This document shows, piece after piece, positions 48,121 to 61,949 of a DNA stretch of 64,000 nucleotides. Each line of letters starts with the position of its first letter. Positions within the stretch are counted from its first letter, which is position 1. Position numbers and translations under genes: made by a program. Below the pieces are notes generated by a model, which was not told the origin of the DNA, ran no database searches, and worked only from the letters and a program-made list of their open reading frames with translations. Source of the DNA: Rhina ancylostomus. Its lineage: Eukaryota. The DNA lies in NCBI GenBank assembly GCA_030265395.1, contig JARFYF010000061.1, forward strand, positions 15,183,197-15,247,196, in the 5' to 3' direction.

Positions 48121-51100
48121 GCAGCTCGTTTCGGTCAGTATATCCTCGCAATGTCAGTTGTATTTGAATAGCTCTGGCTATGAAAGGGAATCAGTATGCA
48201 AATTGTTTCAGTTACAATCGAAAGGTTCGATCTGAGGTAGCTCGCTAACGGAAGCTGATGTCAGCTCTCCCTGGATTAGTCGAGATATATCTGCCCAGTG
48301 AAGTAGGGTTTTAAATTCTTGTTAATTAAAAAAAAGCTTGCAACACGACTCCCCCCACCCCCCAACCCCTCCAATGAAGGCTGAATAGCTCCTTTAAGAC
48401 AATTATCATTCTGCAGGTGTTATCTGGTGGGTTGCAATGAGTGTTAGTATAATCGAGCAAGTGCTTGCAGTTTAAACAGGACGAAAGATTTTGGACACCA
48501 GCTCCTGTTCAGAGTCCCCGCACTGCAAATCCAAATGCTTACCAATCAATATGTGCAGTAAATGAACACAGTGAAAGAAATGTGTGGCTGCGGTTTTTCG
48601 GTTTATCCCACATACCGCTGCCTAACGTCAGTTGTACCTGGTCTAACCTTACACTACCTCAAATCTGGGAAAAATATGGCTTTGATTGCCGTAACCTGCA
48701 GTCTGTTCCCTCTGCTATAGGCTAAAATTGCCCTTTTTGACCCTTCTCCCTACATGGCCAGAAATCAAATAAAAATCCAAATGCAATATCGGCGAGCATG
48801 TGCGCTGTGTGTCAGAGAGCAGCGCACACAGGCCAGTGTTTGGAAGATCCATGTTTTGAAATAGTAACGGAGATTTGAATTTCCCCATATCTTGATAGGA
48901 AAGATTTAAAACCTGGTTTTGGGGAAATTCACAATGTAAAGCCCGGTCACTATAATGTTTATCACCAAAACGGATAGTTCATTGATTCTTAAACATTGCC
49001 TTTGAGCAGAACCGCAGGTCATTAATACCCGAACTGCGTTTCACAGCAACTCCCGGAGCTGTGCGGTGTTGTAAATGTGACCATATGACAGGGTTTCCCG
49101 TCAAAACAACCCGAGAACCACCAAGACAATTTTAAACAGAAACTTTTCCATGCAGAAAGCAAAAGCCTGTTGTGGATATTAATCCATAAACTGCTCTTTT
49201 GAAATAAAATTGATGGCATATTAATAAATAATTGAACTGTTGAAAATATATATTAGAAGAAAAACACCTTCCTTTGATTCTAAAATATACAGTTGTCAGC
49301 ATTTCTTTCCTATGTTTTCTTGAAGCTTAAGATTTTGGATTCGTCACATTTGGGAATTTAAATTTTGAGCAAATCTCAGTGCTCTTTGGAACCTTCTGCA
49401 GTCGCTGGACAGCTAACCGTATGTCCAATGTCGATGGAGCCCCACAGAGTGTTGCTTGCATCCTCCTTTTCCAAGTATAGGGGAGACAACTTAAAACCCT
49501 GTGTTGACAACTGACCTTATTCACACAGGACACACGTATCTGACACACAGCCCAGCACGCGTCTTCGCTTTGCCAAGCCAAATTATTTGGATTGTAAAAG
49601 CAGATCTTAGTAGCCTTACAATCGATTTTCTATTGATATTAATGCAATCTAATTTATTGGGAACCAAACAGATATGTGAGATGAGGCTGATTTTTCTTGA
49701 TACCAGTATAGGTGACTTGCCTTTCTTTAGCGATCTAGATGTTGACTTGCCCAGTTGAAGCTTATGGCTAAGCTGACCATCTGTCATTCAATTAACGTTT
49801 CAGGGCAGCTGATCTGTAACCAGAAGGGTCAGCGACCCCAGGACAAACCTAAAGCTGCCAGAGAAAGGCGACAAAAGTTCAAATGTTAAACGCTTGGCAC
49901 TTCTTCGAGGCTGGGCAGGTCAGAATATTTGCCTATGTAAAGCTTGCACTGAGTGCTCAGAGTAGACTGCACCCGGATTCGATTTAAAGCTATTGTACCA
50001 CTTTGTTCTTTCAAATGACAAACACATTTTTAGCAAACAATAGATTACAGGATTTGGATCTTTTTAAACGCCACGTTTAAAGTTATATCAACTGTACAGA
50101 AGATTTGAGCAACATCTTTTTTCCTCTCTTGTAATTGAGCTAATTCCCCTCAACGGAGATGCTCTAAGGTGATTGGAAAACAGAAAGGCAGAATCGTTGT
50201 AAATTAATGAAACTGACTTGAAAGTGCTTCATTGATTTGTCAGTAAGCGGGAAAATTTACTACCACGTCATCATAATAACAACCCCCCACCCGGTTCATG
50301 ATTAAATTCTCAGATACTGCAAATTCTAATCAAGAAATCTTACTTAAATTTGAAACAGCGTATTAGCTAGGGAGGATTCTCTGATACTTTGCATTATGCA
50401 TAGGTTGTCATTATAAATTGACGTTTAGAATGTTACCCTGCCAATGCGTATTCTATAAAAGCAACACGCACTCCCAATACCATAAACTAAAGGAACACAG
50501 GTCCAACGAGTTAGCTGAAGCTTTCACACAAAACACCAAAACAAATTGAGCTTTCGCTATTCTAATTTAGCAGCCATATACATTTAACCAACGACCTCAC
50601 TGGAGCAGGTATGAATGGATTTATTTTTAAAAAAACACATGTAATCTATAACCAGAGTTAATCTGCATCTCCGCCCTTTGAGGAATGGTCGCTTCTATCC
50701 AAATTTGTTTTGTAACAGGCTCCAAATTTGTGCAATAAAAATACTGCAGGTGGGAAGCGGAATGACATTGCGATATTTTCTGGGAAACAACTCAATTTCG
50801 ACATCCGATCAATTCGTCACGAATTTTTAACCTTTTAGCCATCATTTGCTTTTTGAATCCAAGGAAGTGAACCTTTTCCTAGTAACACATTATCAAATCC
50901 TATCCTCAAGTGTTGAGACATATAGCTATTAATATTCTAAAGTACAGCTGGTCTTCGGAAATTTGTAGGATATTATTCAGTTTAATAGCTTCTGAAGATA
51001 TTGAAAAATCAGCAGAAATTATTTCAGGTCACGTGGAAGGTCTCAGCTAGTTTCATTGTCATAAAATCCATCCTGATTCAATATTCTTTCACATCCAATT

Positions 51101-52054
51101 CTCAGGATTGTTAGAATGATAATGCGGATTCCTTTTAAGCACGTTTGCATTTAGGTCTGGACAGCTTCACAATCCGCTGGAGGAAAAAATGATGTAGATC
51201 GTGAAGCAAAACTGGAGTCAGAACTGACGGCTTCTGATTACTTATTACACGAGAATGAATCTGGATCTTATTGACATCAGTTCAAATGACACAAGTGATT
51301 GCAGTTAGATACAATTTTATTGGAATAAACAGTTCATAATAACCATGAAGATCAAATCCACATTTGTCCGTTCTCAATTTCCAGTTAAAGTACATATACA
51401 TAAACAATATCTAACTTTTGTAAAATAACTGTTGCTTCAGAAAAATAAACAACATGGCATTTATACTAGGCACACGTAGTTCATATGTACGCCCCTGTGA
51501 GATGTTTTATGTTGTACGATAGGAAGGAAGCAAAGATTCGAAGGTATTGTTCCCTGTGTAATAAACCCTAATTTTCACCTGTTCTTTTTCTTCTCCCTTT
51601 CTAATAAGCACATGGTCCTTTACAGCTTCAAAGACAAGATCATTTCACAGTTAGTTATTGAGCTAATAAGAACTTTCATCACTCCGACTGAATAATACTA
51701 TGTATGTTTAATTCAAAGTCACTTAGTTTGAATTATCTGATAATTCATTTTTAACGTACTGCGTTGGTCCCTTTCCATGTTATTTATACTGCTTCATTCA
51801 AATTACTGAATAATTCACTTTTTAGGGCAACAGGAGATTAGAATTATCAGGAGCAGACTATATTTCAAATTACAAGCATTTGGATGAAAATAGTCCTCCA
51901 CATAAAGCACAGCAGATACTAAAAACTAACAACACTTTCAGTACTGCAATGTATTATTTCTGTAGTTTGAAAGGTGTGATAATTCATTCCTAGAAATAAC
52001 TTTTTTTCATCTGAAATGTCTTAGAGAGGACTAAGGTTTGTAAAAAAATCCATA

Positions 52055-52420
52055 TTTTTCAGGATCTGGGCATTGCTGGAAAGGCCAGCATTTATTGACC
52101 ATATCTGGTAGCTCTTGAACTGAATGACTTGCTAGGTACTTTCAGAGGACATTACAAGAGTCAACCACATTGGTGGGTCTGGAGTCGCACATAGGCAAGT
52201 CCAGGAAAGGACAGCAGCATTCTTCTACTGATGGACATTAGTGAACCAGATGGGGTTTTACACAATCCAGTAGTTTTTGTTCTTTAAAGGTTAGTTAAGT
52301 GAAAGGTTATTAACTATTTAAATTCTTCAGGCATCACATTGATTTGAACTCATGTCTCTGGGCTCTTAGTCCGGGCTGTTGGATACTAGTGTGGTAATTT
52401 AACTGCTGCCCCACTACCTT
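52055..52420 (-). mobile_element. tRNA-derived SINE, second family
   Basis: Colinear with 14520-14890; marks the upstream edge of the repeat-free block. Confidence 0.7.
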
Positions 52421-53635
52421 TACCCTTTAGGAATGAGATAAGACTCTGTTTACATTAATATAAGACTGAGAGATATGAGTCATAATGCTGGCTTTATATC
52501 ACAATTTACTCAGGCCGTGTACATGTATGTGATTCTGCACAACAGTTTCCATTTGATTAGCACTAATTTAATGTTAGTGTAAGTGGCAGAGTCAACTTTC
52601 TAAGTAAAAAGCTGAAGATGAGAAGAATATTTCAGTTGTTTGCTAGGGGTTGTTTTTAAAGGTTCCTTCAATTGCTTCTAATCATGAGTATAAGTCACAT
52701 TGTTATGAATGTTTTTATGGAAAAAATTAGAACCATATCTACACAAGGTAGTTTTCATTAAGAAACATAAAATGCTCTTAGCTTTAATGGTGTTCAATTT
52801 AAATTATCATTATAGGGAATTTTTCAGTTACTAATTAAGGGTGAAGACATTGAAGCTGGGGTGATTTTGGTATTATTCTGTGGTTATAGCTAATCATATC
52901 CTTCATGGGGTTAAAGGCCAGGTAAGTGACACCAACGATACATAACGATTACATCAAGATTATATTATAGTTCAAGGAACAAAATAGGATAAATGTTATT
53001 TTGAATGAAAGATTCTACTCCCACCTCCCCTCATGTGCCTCCCCTCACCTAACTGTAGGTGTGAATGATGCTGTTCCAATGGCCTTAATGTAATTCAAGC
53101 TATTTGTACTTATCTTCCCGGGATGCCACATTGAAAATCTAACAACGCAGGTTGGGAAGGAAACACTTGGGTGGCTTTAGTACGGACCAAAGTTGTTTAT
53201 GTAACTAATTAGGGAATCATGTATAATACGCCACAAAATATCAAAGTGATTTTATTTGAAGTAAATGGACTGAACCAAGTTTTCTTAAAAACCTAAAAAT
53301 TATTAATGATCCTATTGCTTTTAATACTGTCTTTCCTATTTCAAACAACCATTTTCAAACTGAAATGCAAAATTAAACAAAATTAATATCTTAAAAGAGT
53401 TTACCATTGTTTTGCTACAGTTTACCATTCTTTCATCAGCGAGGAACAATATAAAATTGTCCAAAACTGAAACTTCATTTTCATGGATATGCCGTTATAA
53501 CTATTGACTTCCTCCACAGCACTGTAGGTGTCCAGCTGTAATTCAAGAAATGTACTAGTAAATATATCAGCTATGAAGTGTTCTGTTAAGCTGAATATGA
53601 TTTTGCAGAAAGGAATGCACAGATGCATACGTACA

Positions 53636-53662
53636 TACACACATACACACACACACACACAC
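53636..53662. repeat. (CA)n microsatellite
   Basis: acacacatacacacacacacacacaca read directly. Confidence 0.9.
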
Positions 53663-55764
53663 AATATTACTTGTAATATGATTTCAGTTGATCTAATATC
53701 ACATAATAAAACATAGTATATAAACGTGCTGGATGGATATCAATGCTAAAGATCCATCAGACAGCAGTTTTCTGATGGCAGTAATTCACAATACATGCTG
53801 CAGTCTCAGACCTGGTGTTGGACTTCTGTTACGCTGTTAAACGTAATTCCAATTCTTTGTGAAACTAATCTAGTAAAGTAAGGCCAAAAATGAATGCCTA
53901 GATCTACTAGAAGTGCATAAGCGTGTTTCTTCTCAGGTTTCTGTTTAATGTGTGTGCACCGACATTCAAAGCTTTCAAAGATGATTTATCAAGTTTGTTT
54001 CAGAGTGCATGTTATTAATAATGTGTGCCCATTCATGTTGGCCTATGGATTTCACTGGAAAAAATAGCAAGTACAACATATACAATTACATTTGCTTCCT
54101 CGGGCTTGACAGCAATAACTTATCTCCTCCGTTGTTACTGTGTTTGCGTGAACTTGTCTTCATATGTTATAAACCATTTCATTGCACTTAATATCTGGAC
54201 ATATTCTGTTACAGACTGCAGCCATTCTGGTTGTCATTGTGGTACTAACTATGATAACCGGAGGCTTTTGATGTCATAGAAACTGATTTATTTCTCAATT
54301 AATGGTTTAAAATGAAGACTCAAGGTGCACCACATTCAAATCTGCAGGTAGATCTACAAACCTAAGCTTGTCTTTGACCGCAAAGTACTCCATTTTTGCA
54401 TTTTGTACTGCACAACTTTATGGATTTTTAAAATATTAGGTCCTTTATATATTTTGCATCATATATGAAAATCATTTGAGAATGCAAAAAGTGTAAGAAT
54501 GTAATAACTTGATTACAATAAGAGGCTCAATTATGACAGTGGAATCAGGTTATTTAAAAAAAAACAAAATTGAGGTTGAAATCCCTGAAATACTATTTTT
54601 AAATAGTGAATGCTCATGGCATTGGTGTCTGGGGCAGCTTGAAGAAATGCTTGAGTCTAACTAAAAAAACTGAACTTGTTTCTACAGATCTGAAGTTGCA
54701 GTAACCTGGGTTAATGAAGGTATCAACTGCTGTTAATTCAGCTCTCTTACACTGTCAAAATCAGTAAATCTTTCAATTTAGTATCACTAATAATAAGACA
54801 GAAACTGGTCAAATGTTTGCTGGTGAATAGTCATTTCTAAATGAAACCTTGCTTCATCAAGTTCCCTCAATAAGCTGACTTAATGCACAACATGACATTT
54901 CAGAAGTAATTAACAGGGTATATTCTTACGCTGCATTTTAAAATCAGTACCTGATTTAATTTAGTAAGGGCATTTTGGTTTGTCACCACCCATTACATTC
55001 AACTACCGCATTGTCTGCAGGTCAACTCTTGTAACTGAGCATAACAATTCTGAATATTCAAATTTAAATGAGCTACCAGTGAAACAGTTCTTCCATTATA
55101 AATGCCATTAGTGAATTGGAGATATGTTTCAATTGGATAACCTTCAATACTTATAAGATTTGTAAGAGGCTATAATAAATATCAATGCATTTTTTGCAAG
55201 ATATCATGATTAGGATGTACAGACAAAAACATTAAAAACATTTCAGAGACAATAATGGCAAAGATGTGAACAGGCTGTGACTTTGAAGAGACAGGATTCT
55301 CTATTATTGTTTCTTCGAGTTATGCTGCTGAAATTCTTACTATTTTATTAATTTCTCTCTTTGACCTTTTCCCCTTTTTTAATCTTTCTCCTAGCTTTAT
55401 ACATTTATAGTCTAAAAAGAAAATCATACATAAATGCCCAATGTTGCATAATTGTTTTGCATTGGCAAACTTGTAGGACTTTTGAGTTTATCATGATTTA
55501 CAAAACTTGTCCAATCCCTTTGACGACCAGAAAACTCATTACAGATATTAAAGTCTAATTTTTAAACTCCACTTTCAGGCAGAATGGCCAGAATACAATA
55601 TCCATAAGAATGCAAAATTGTTTTAAATCTTAAAGTCAAGGGTTGAACAATTTCATTAAGTTTGACCAAATAGCAGCTTGCAGAAGATGGGTTAGATTAA
55701 CCCTAGTTTACTAAGTCTGTTGATATAATATTTGCTTTTAGAGCTGGGATATTACTGTTCACTG

Positions 55765-56165
55765 ATAGGTACATAAGGGTCAGGAGCTGATTGTTCAGTC
55801 TCTCAGCACTGCTTCTCAATTTAATAAATCAAATTTCTTCTACACCTTAACACTATTTACTATTTCTTCTCTGTATTTCTTGTCAGCCTTATCCAACAAA
55901 ATCTATTCCCAGTCTTGTCCAGGCATCCATGTCCTTCAGAGGGAAGGGTCCCACATTTCCTCTGCATCAAAATAGTGCAGGTTTAGTCTCTGAATAATCT
56001 AGCACTGACATCATTGTACTTGTTATTTTTGATTTCTTCCACCCAAGGAAATAATTTCTCTCTATTTGTATGATCAATTCCAGTTAATATTTTAAAAAAG
56101 TTTGGTAGAGCCAGGGAAGTACAAGCCAAGTTTATGCAGCTCCGTTTTAAACTTACCCCTTGTAG
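55765..56165 (-). mobile_element. Old CR1 3' fragment
   Basis: Minus ORF 55983-56393 includes FKILTGIDHTNREKLFPWV, resembling the CR1 ORF2 C-terminus. Confidence 0.6.
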
Positions 56166-59100
56166 CTCAAATGTACAGTCACCATTTACAGTTGGCCTTT
56201 TGACTGATATCAATTGTGCAGTTTCTGAGAATGGGATATCATTGGATAGGTGATGCTCTATGAATCTCATTGGGTGGGAAGGAAACAATATACCTAATTG
56301 GTGCCAAACATTCAGTACAATTTTGTCGACTTCTTCAAACAGCATATTTCTTCCTTTGCAGATAAAAGTTAATAAATCTTTGTGGATCTGCATTATAACA
56401 ATGGCAATTATTCAATAGATGCACTTGCAGGGCTCTCCAGCTTAGATAAATCTATGATTGTGGAGCTGCGAGTACATGAGGCATTTTGTACCAGTTGTAC
56501 CTCTGTCACTTGAGTCTACATGTGGCTGTGTTTCAACCTCTTCCAGTTTTAATAAAGAACAATTACTCTAATGCAATGGTTACTGACACATAACACACTT
56601 CACTTCCCAAGATGCCATGTTAAGGCCTATGAGCTGCAGTTTCCTGGTAACAGAAAAAAATTCCTCCAGGTATTCTGAACCAATATGTTATTGATCAGTA
56701 GAATGATGAATGGTGACTAATAGAATTGCTTATCTAGTTTCAGGCAGGAAAAGCAAGGAAAAAAAATGTTGCATCTGCATATTTCTATGGTCTCACAGGC
56801 CGCAAGTGAATCTACAAACCATGGCCTGCACTAACACGGATTGTAGACAAATAGGTTTGCTGATTTTTGCATCACCTTTATTTAAATAATTGTCTTATAT
56901 TTATAAAATTAAAAATAATGAACATAGATTCATTTTTTCAAGGTACCAGTAATGATATTAGAATTATAGATAACAGGTGTAAATCTTTCTTTTTCAAAGA
57001 AAAGCTTTAAATCTCTTGCATTAATACAATGTATTTAATGTAATAAATCACCTTAAGGTGGATCACATCTGAATCTGAAACCAAGTCGCATAAGCAGATT
57101 TTCAGACCTGTGGGCAAATGTCAGTTCAAAGAGCTTTAAGGTGCTTCTTAGAGGAAGTGTAGGAGGCGAGGAGATTTAGTGATGGAAATGCAGAGCTTAT
57201 GACACAGGCCTGAGTTTCCAACCTGTTTGTTGGCTGGAAGGAATGTGGGACAGGCATCAAAAGTCATTGGTGGCCTATGAGGCTTTGATAATATTCAGGT
57301 AATTTAGTCAGAATGGTCAGAAAAAAAACCCAAAATAAATAAAAATATATTCAGCAAGCCATCTGTCCTGGCTGCAGGGAAACTCATGCCCCTTTAATTC
57401 CTTAGAAGTAGTGGCCCCGGTGTTATTCACATTTATAGGGACTAGTGGGCACATGCTTTACTGAGTACAAACAAGTAAAGCTTTCATTCACCGCCTCAGA
57501 CATCTGGCGGTATGGTCACCAATGGTGGTGCACGAAAATCAAAGGTGCACAAGGGATCAGAGCTCCCATTGGTTGTAGGGGGCTCTACAGATGAGGCCAA
57601 CATACAACATTCAAATTTGAGGCATTGCTGAGAAGTATTCTAACCTGTGATGGTATTTAATCTTTCCGACATAAACATTTGGTATCGGAGGCATCACTAA
57701 TAACTGACAACAAATTAAAATGCCAGAACCACTGTGATGNNNNNNNNNNATGTAGGTCTATTGCTGTTTGACACATGTTGATATAAAGACTGTTCTGGCT
57801 GCAGGTAACTCATCAGTGACAGTTTGCGAAGGAGATGCACATCATCTTTACATATCTGTTTCTTCAAGGTTGTCAGCAATAGGAAAGCTTTAAATGACTA
57901 CAATGATGGTAAATAATCTCCAGCCTACAGACATCTAACTACACGATCACTCCATTTACAGAGTACAATTTCCATCTTTTGTCATTTGACAAATTAAGCT
58001 TAAATATACAATTAACGCCTGTTAAAAGCAGAGATTAACATAGCAGTTAGCTGAATGGAAAATATTTTGAAACAAAACTGTGAGGAATTTTCAATAAATA
58101 TAAATATTGTAGGCTGAGCCTTTAGTAATAAATGGCAAGAAGTATTTTTAATTTATAAATCATTATGACACCTTAAAAAATCAATGACATGTTTTAAGAG
58201 AATTGCTCACTATAGGGGGTGCTAAAATTTAAGATCATCTACAAAAATTACGGAACTGAAATTAAATCAAAGCAAGCCTTCACAGGGTCTTGTGGGTTGT
58301 GAACAGGTACACAGTAATTTGAAGTATTTGTAGTAACTGAGGCTTGTCATTTGAGATGTGATAAGAAATAATTTGTAATAAGAGAGCTACCTTCTTTAAT
58401 TGTCTTCTGCTGAAGTGGAGAGTCCCGGTAATGATTTATTGCCCCACTGCCTGTCTGCTGATAACTGGTCACCAAATGGCTCCTCATTACTCAAAGCTCC
58501 TTCGTTCTCTATAACCAAAATCTTTTCCCATTAGTCCAGTTTTGTTCGGAGGAAATGAATGTAAGGCCTTCTAGTGTAAGCCCATAAACTACTTTAGTAT
58601 ATAAAAAAAATCATAAATAATGGGGGGAAATCTTGTTTGCTACGCCTGCTGGATCAACTGCCTCTTGGCCTTTTGATAGCATCTTTGAAATGGAAATGCC
58701 CAGCTGCCTGACCTTCTGTTCAATGACCCTTTTGTACAAAGTCAAATCACCGTGGCTTTGCAGAAGCCCAATCACAGCAATTCACCTGATGGATACTCTA
58801 TATGTTTAATACCATTTACAAAAAATATATAGAATATTCCACATTAAATGATTTCATGACAGCTCACATCAAAATAGCTAAAATTTTACAAGATATAAAG
58901 TGTATTTTGAAGTCATGTGGAATACTATTTTAAATGGTTTCTTTTGCTATTAAGTGCAATTTTATGATTCATAACTAGTTAAGTGCTAGAGAATTATATG
59001 TAACTTATAACAAGTAAACCCACTGTATTTGCTGTCTGTTGCTGAGATAGTAATTAACGGAGAAAAGTTGCAACAGAATTGCCACAAACATTTTGTGATT

Positions 59101-60194
59101 GTGACTCAGAGGACATTTATATAAGCTCAGTTTTTCTGTATGAATTAATAAATCCTGTGTAAAACCCTTTGACTACCGTCAGAATAGTTACACTGATAAT
59201 TAGCCTTACATAAAATGAAGTGATGCGTTACTCAATTGTTTGAATATTTCATTTTATTTTCACTCGCAAGGTGGGGCAGGGCTTGACTTGTTTAATTTGT
59301 GTAAATTGCTGTTTATTGGAATGTTGAATTGAGAGTGAGAAGAGAGGAGGTTGTTGGCTGGCAAGTATGTCAAATTTCTCAGTGAGTGCATGAGACAATA
59401 GAGTTCACAACAATGTGGCAAGCTGCCCAGTTTCTCAGCACACAAAAACTGGTTCATAATTACACTATAATTCAATCAGAAGTCTTTTGCTGAAGATTAA
59501 TCCCTAATGAAATTAGGATTCTATGCAAAGTTAACACTGAATACAGACATTCAAAAATTGGTAGATCACATCAGGACTACTTTCTATATAATCCCTCACA
59601 GTGTTGTACTCAGTTAATATCCAATTTGTAAAATTGGACTCTGCCAAGACACAAGGTTATGGCTGGCATGTTATAACAGAGTCATTACATTTCCCATTCG
59701 GACACTTCATCACTCCAGCTGCCCTGTTTTATATCTAATTTACTTACATTTATCTGCTGCACACATTAAGCGATTGGCTTCAGACAGGATTTGGAAACGC
59801 ACCTTAAATACTTGGAATGGAGGGACAGCTTTTACCTATTGCAGGAGCACACTGAGTAACTCCACAAATCACAAATTCTTGTGGAATTAGGTAATAAGGA
59901 AGCATTCCCAGACCAACTTCAATCTGTAAATAATTTCCGTATTTTTTTGAACTAAGTTGAACTGGAATAATTTCCCACTTTCTCAGTTTGAGGAAAAGTT
60001 ATGTTCTATTTATTGCCTGTTAGGTGTAAGCAACACAACTATAAAGACAGTAATGCGGAAATCTTTTGTCTCTAGCATAACTTCTAAACTAAAATAAAAT
60101 AATGATAAATAGGGATGACTGATAAAACTCATAATTTCAACATGTCCATTGTGAAGGAACTCTAGTATGAGAAACTTTTTACTGAGTATGAGAA

Positions 60195-60330
60195 ACAAAA
60201 TACTGCAGCAGCTGGACAACTGAAATTAAAAAAAAGGAAAATGCTGGGAATATTCAGCAGATCGGCTTATGCCTGGAAAGAGGAACAGAATTAATGTTTC
60301 AGGGTGACGACTTTTTGTCAGGATTGTGTT
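60195..60330 (-). mobile_element. Penelope-like terminal repeat remnant with degenerate hammerhead-like motif
   Basis: aatgctgggaatattcagcagatcggc..; minus strand reads ctgacaaaaagtcgtcaccctgaaacattaa. Confidence 0.55.
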
Positions 60331-60429
60331 ATTACAGGTTGCAAACAAGAACAGTGGAGGGAGAAATGTAAGGTGAGGTCTGAGTACAGCTGGAAAAAGG
60401 ATGTGATTAAATGATACAAATTAGGAAAT

Positions 60430-60572
60430 TTAGGTAAGTACGTGGAGAGGAAGGGCTTGGATGAAATGCCAAATGTGGGAAAATGGGACTAGCTTGGTGG
60501 GCACTGTGGTCAGCATGGAGGAGTTGGGCTGAAGGGCCTGTTTTCATGCTGTGTTACTCTATGACTCCATGA
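60430..60572 (+). mobile_element. CR1 3' tail fragment
   Basis: ttgggctgaagggcctgttttcatgctgtgttactctatgactccatga, same as ~19470-19520. Confidence 0.8.
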
Positions 60573-61010
60573 ACAGGAGGAGGACATTCAGTCACTTGAG
60601 CCAGTCCACCATTCAATAAGGTCACAGCTGATCTCATTATAGCCTCTGCTCTGCTTCCCACCTACCCTGGTAACTTTTCACCCTGCTGCTGAGCAAGAAC
60701 CTAATTCTGCCTTACAACTGCTCAAAGACTATGCTTCCACTGCCCTTTGAGGAAGAGCGTTCCAAAGACCCATAATCCTCTGGGAGAGAAAAAAACGTCA
60801 CCTAGTCCATGTCTTAAATGTATTTTCAGCAGCAAGCCCTAGTTCTACGTTGTCTCACAAGAAAAACACACCACACCGTATCAAGATAACCCAGGATTTT
60901 ATGTTGCAATTAAGTCATCTTTCACTTGACTAAATTCCAGCAGATGCAAGCCCAGGTTGTCTGATTTTTTCTTGTAAGAACCATCCATTCCAGTTATCAA
61001 CCTAGTGAGC
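60573..61010 (-). mobile_element. Old CR1 3' fragment
   Basis: Reverse CR1 3' sequence (ggaagagcgttccaaagaccc..cctctgggagag..ccattccagttatcaacctagtga). Confidence 0.6.
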
Positions 61011-61080
61011 CAAGGGATAGCCCAGCCAGTCCTTCTGAGGATTTCCAGCTTTTGATGTTTTTATTTTTTCTGAGTACATT

Positions 61081-61197
61081 GCCTATTCCCATTGGACCCA
61101 GCTGAGATATGCCTGATTCTGTCTGATCTCAGAAACTAGGTAATGTGGTTGGTACATGGATGGATGATGGATTCAGAGTATCAGATGCAGCAAGCTT
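61081..61197 (+). pseudogene. Degenerate 5S rRNA-derived sequence (pseudogene or SINE3 head)
   Basis: gcctgattctgtctgatctcagaaactagg..tggttggtacatggatgg..agtatcagatgcagcaagctt aligns by eye with vertebrate 5S (gcccgatctcgtctgatctcggaagctaag..tggttagtacttggatgg..aataccgggtgctgtaggctt) over ~117 nt with CpG decay. Confidence 0.7.
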
Positions 61198-61949
61198 ACC
61201 TGGAAAGTAGATTGGTGCTTGAGCTGAGAATCACTTATGATGCAGATTTTATTGTTAATTCTAAAGAATGTCAGCAGCCACACCTGGCCTTGGGATGGAC
61301 TGTTGGTACTGTTTATATTTTTATAACAGGTATCTTATACATGGGTTTACATTAGGAGGAACTAAAGAGGCTGCTCAATATTAATCTGTGGTTAACCTGA
61401 GCCCATATTGGGTCCATTCATCCTTTCTGCTGTTACTGAGAAAGCTCTTCATCCCAACATGAAGTAACTTCAGTATAAAGGCAACGTTAAAGTTTCAGAC
61501 AAGATTCATAATGTGGATTATTTTCTGTTCTTGTGAAAGCAGGACAAGTAGTGAAAGAGCAATGAGATAGTTTCCAGCATCACTGCATGTAGAAAGTTGT
61601 AAACTAAGCATGAAAGAAAGCTATAACTACAACTAAAAAAAACATTATATCAACTGTCAGGAAAAGAACAATAACAACCTCCATGTATATTGTTCATTTG
61701 ATGCAGGGTAAACATCCCAAGGCCATTTGTAGAAATGTATTCAATCAAAAATAGAGGGCAAGTGATGGTGAAATGCATTAGCAGGGATGTTCAAAAAGAT
61801 AGGTCGAAGGAGAGAGTGGAAGAGATTTAGCAAGTTAATTCCAAACCATCAAATTTAAACAGTTGAGGCACCACCATCAATTCTAAAGGAGTTACAAGAA
61901 TAAAGAGATCTGGAGGAAGATGTGGATAGTTTTCAGAAAATAGTGGGGC

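Noticed and set aside
52860-53940. Plus-strand splice-like signals suggesting a divergent lncRNA
   Set aside because: Isolated donor and acceptor motifs occur at chance frequency and do not form a coherent exon chain.
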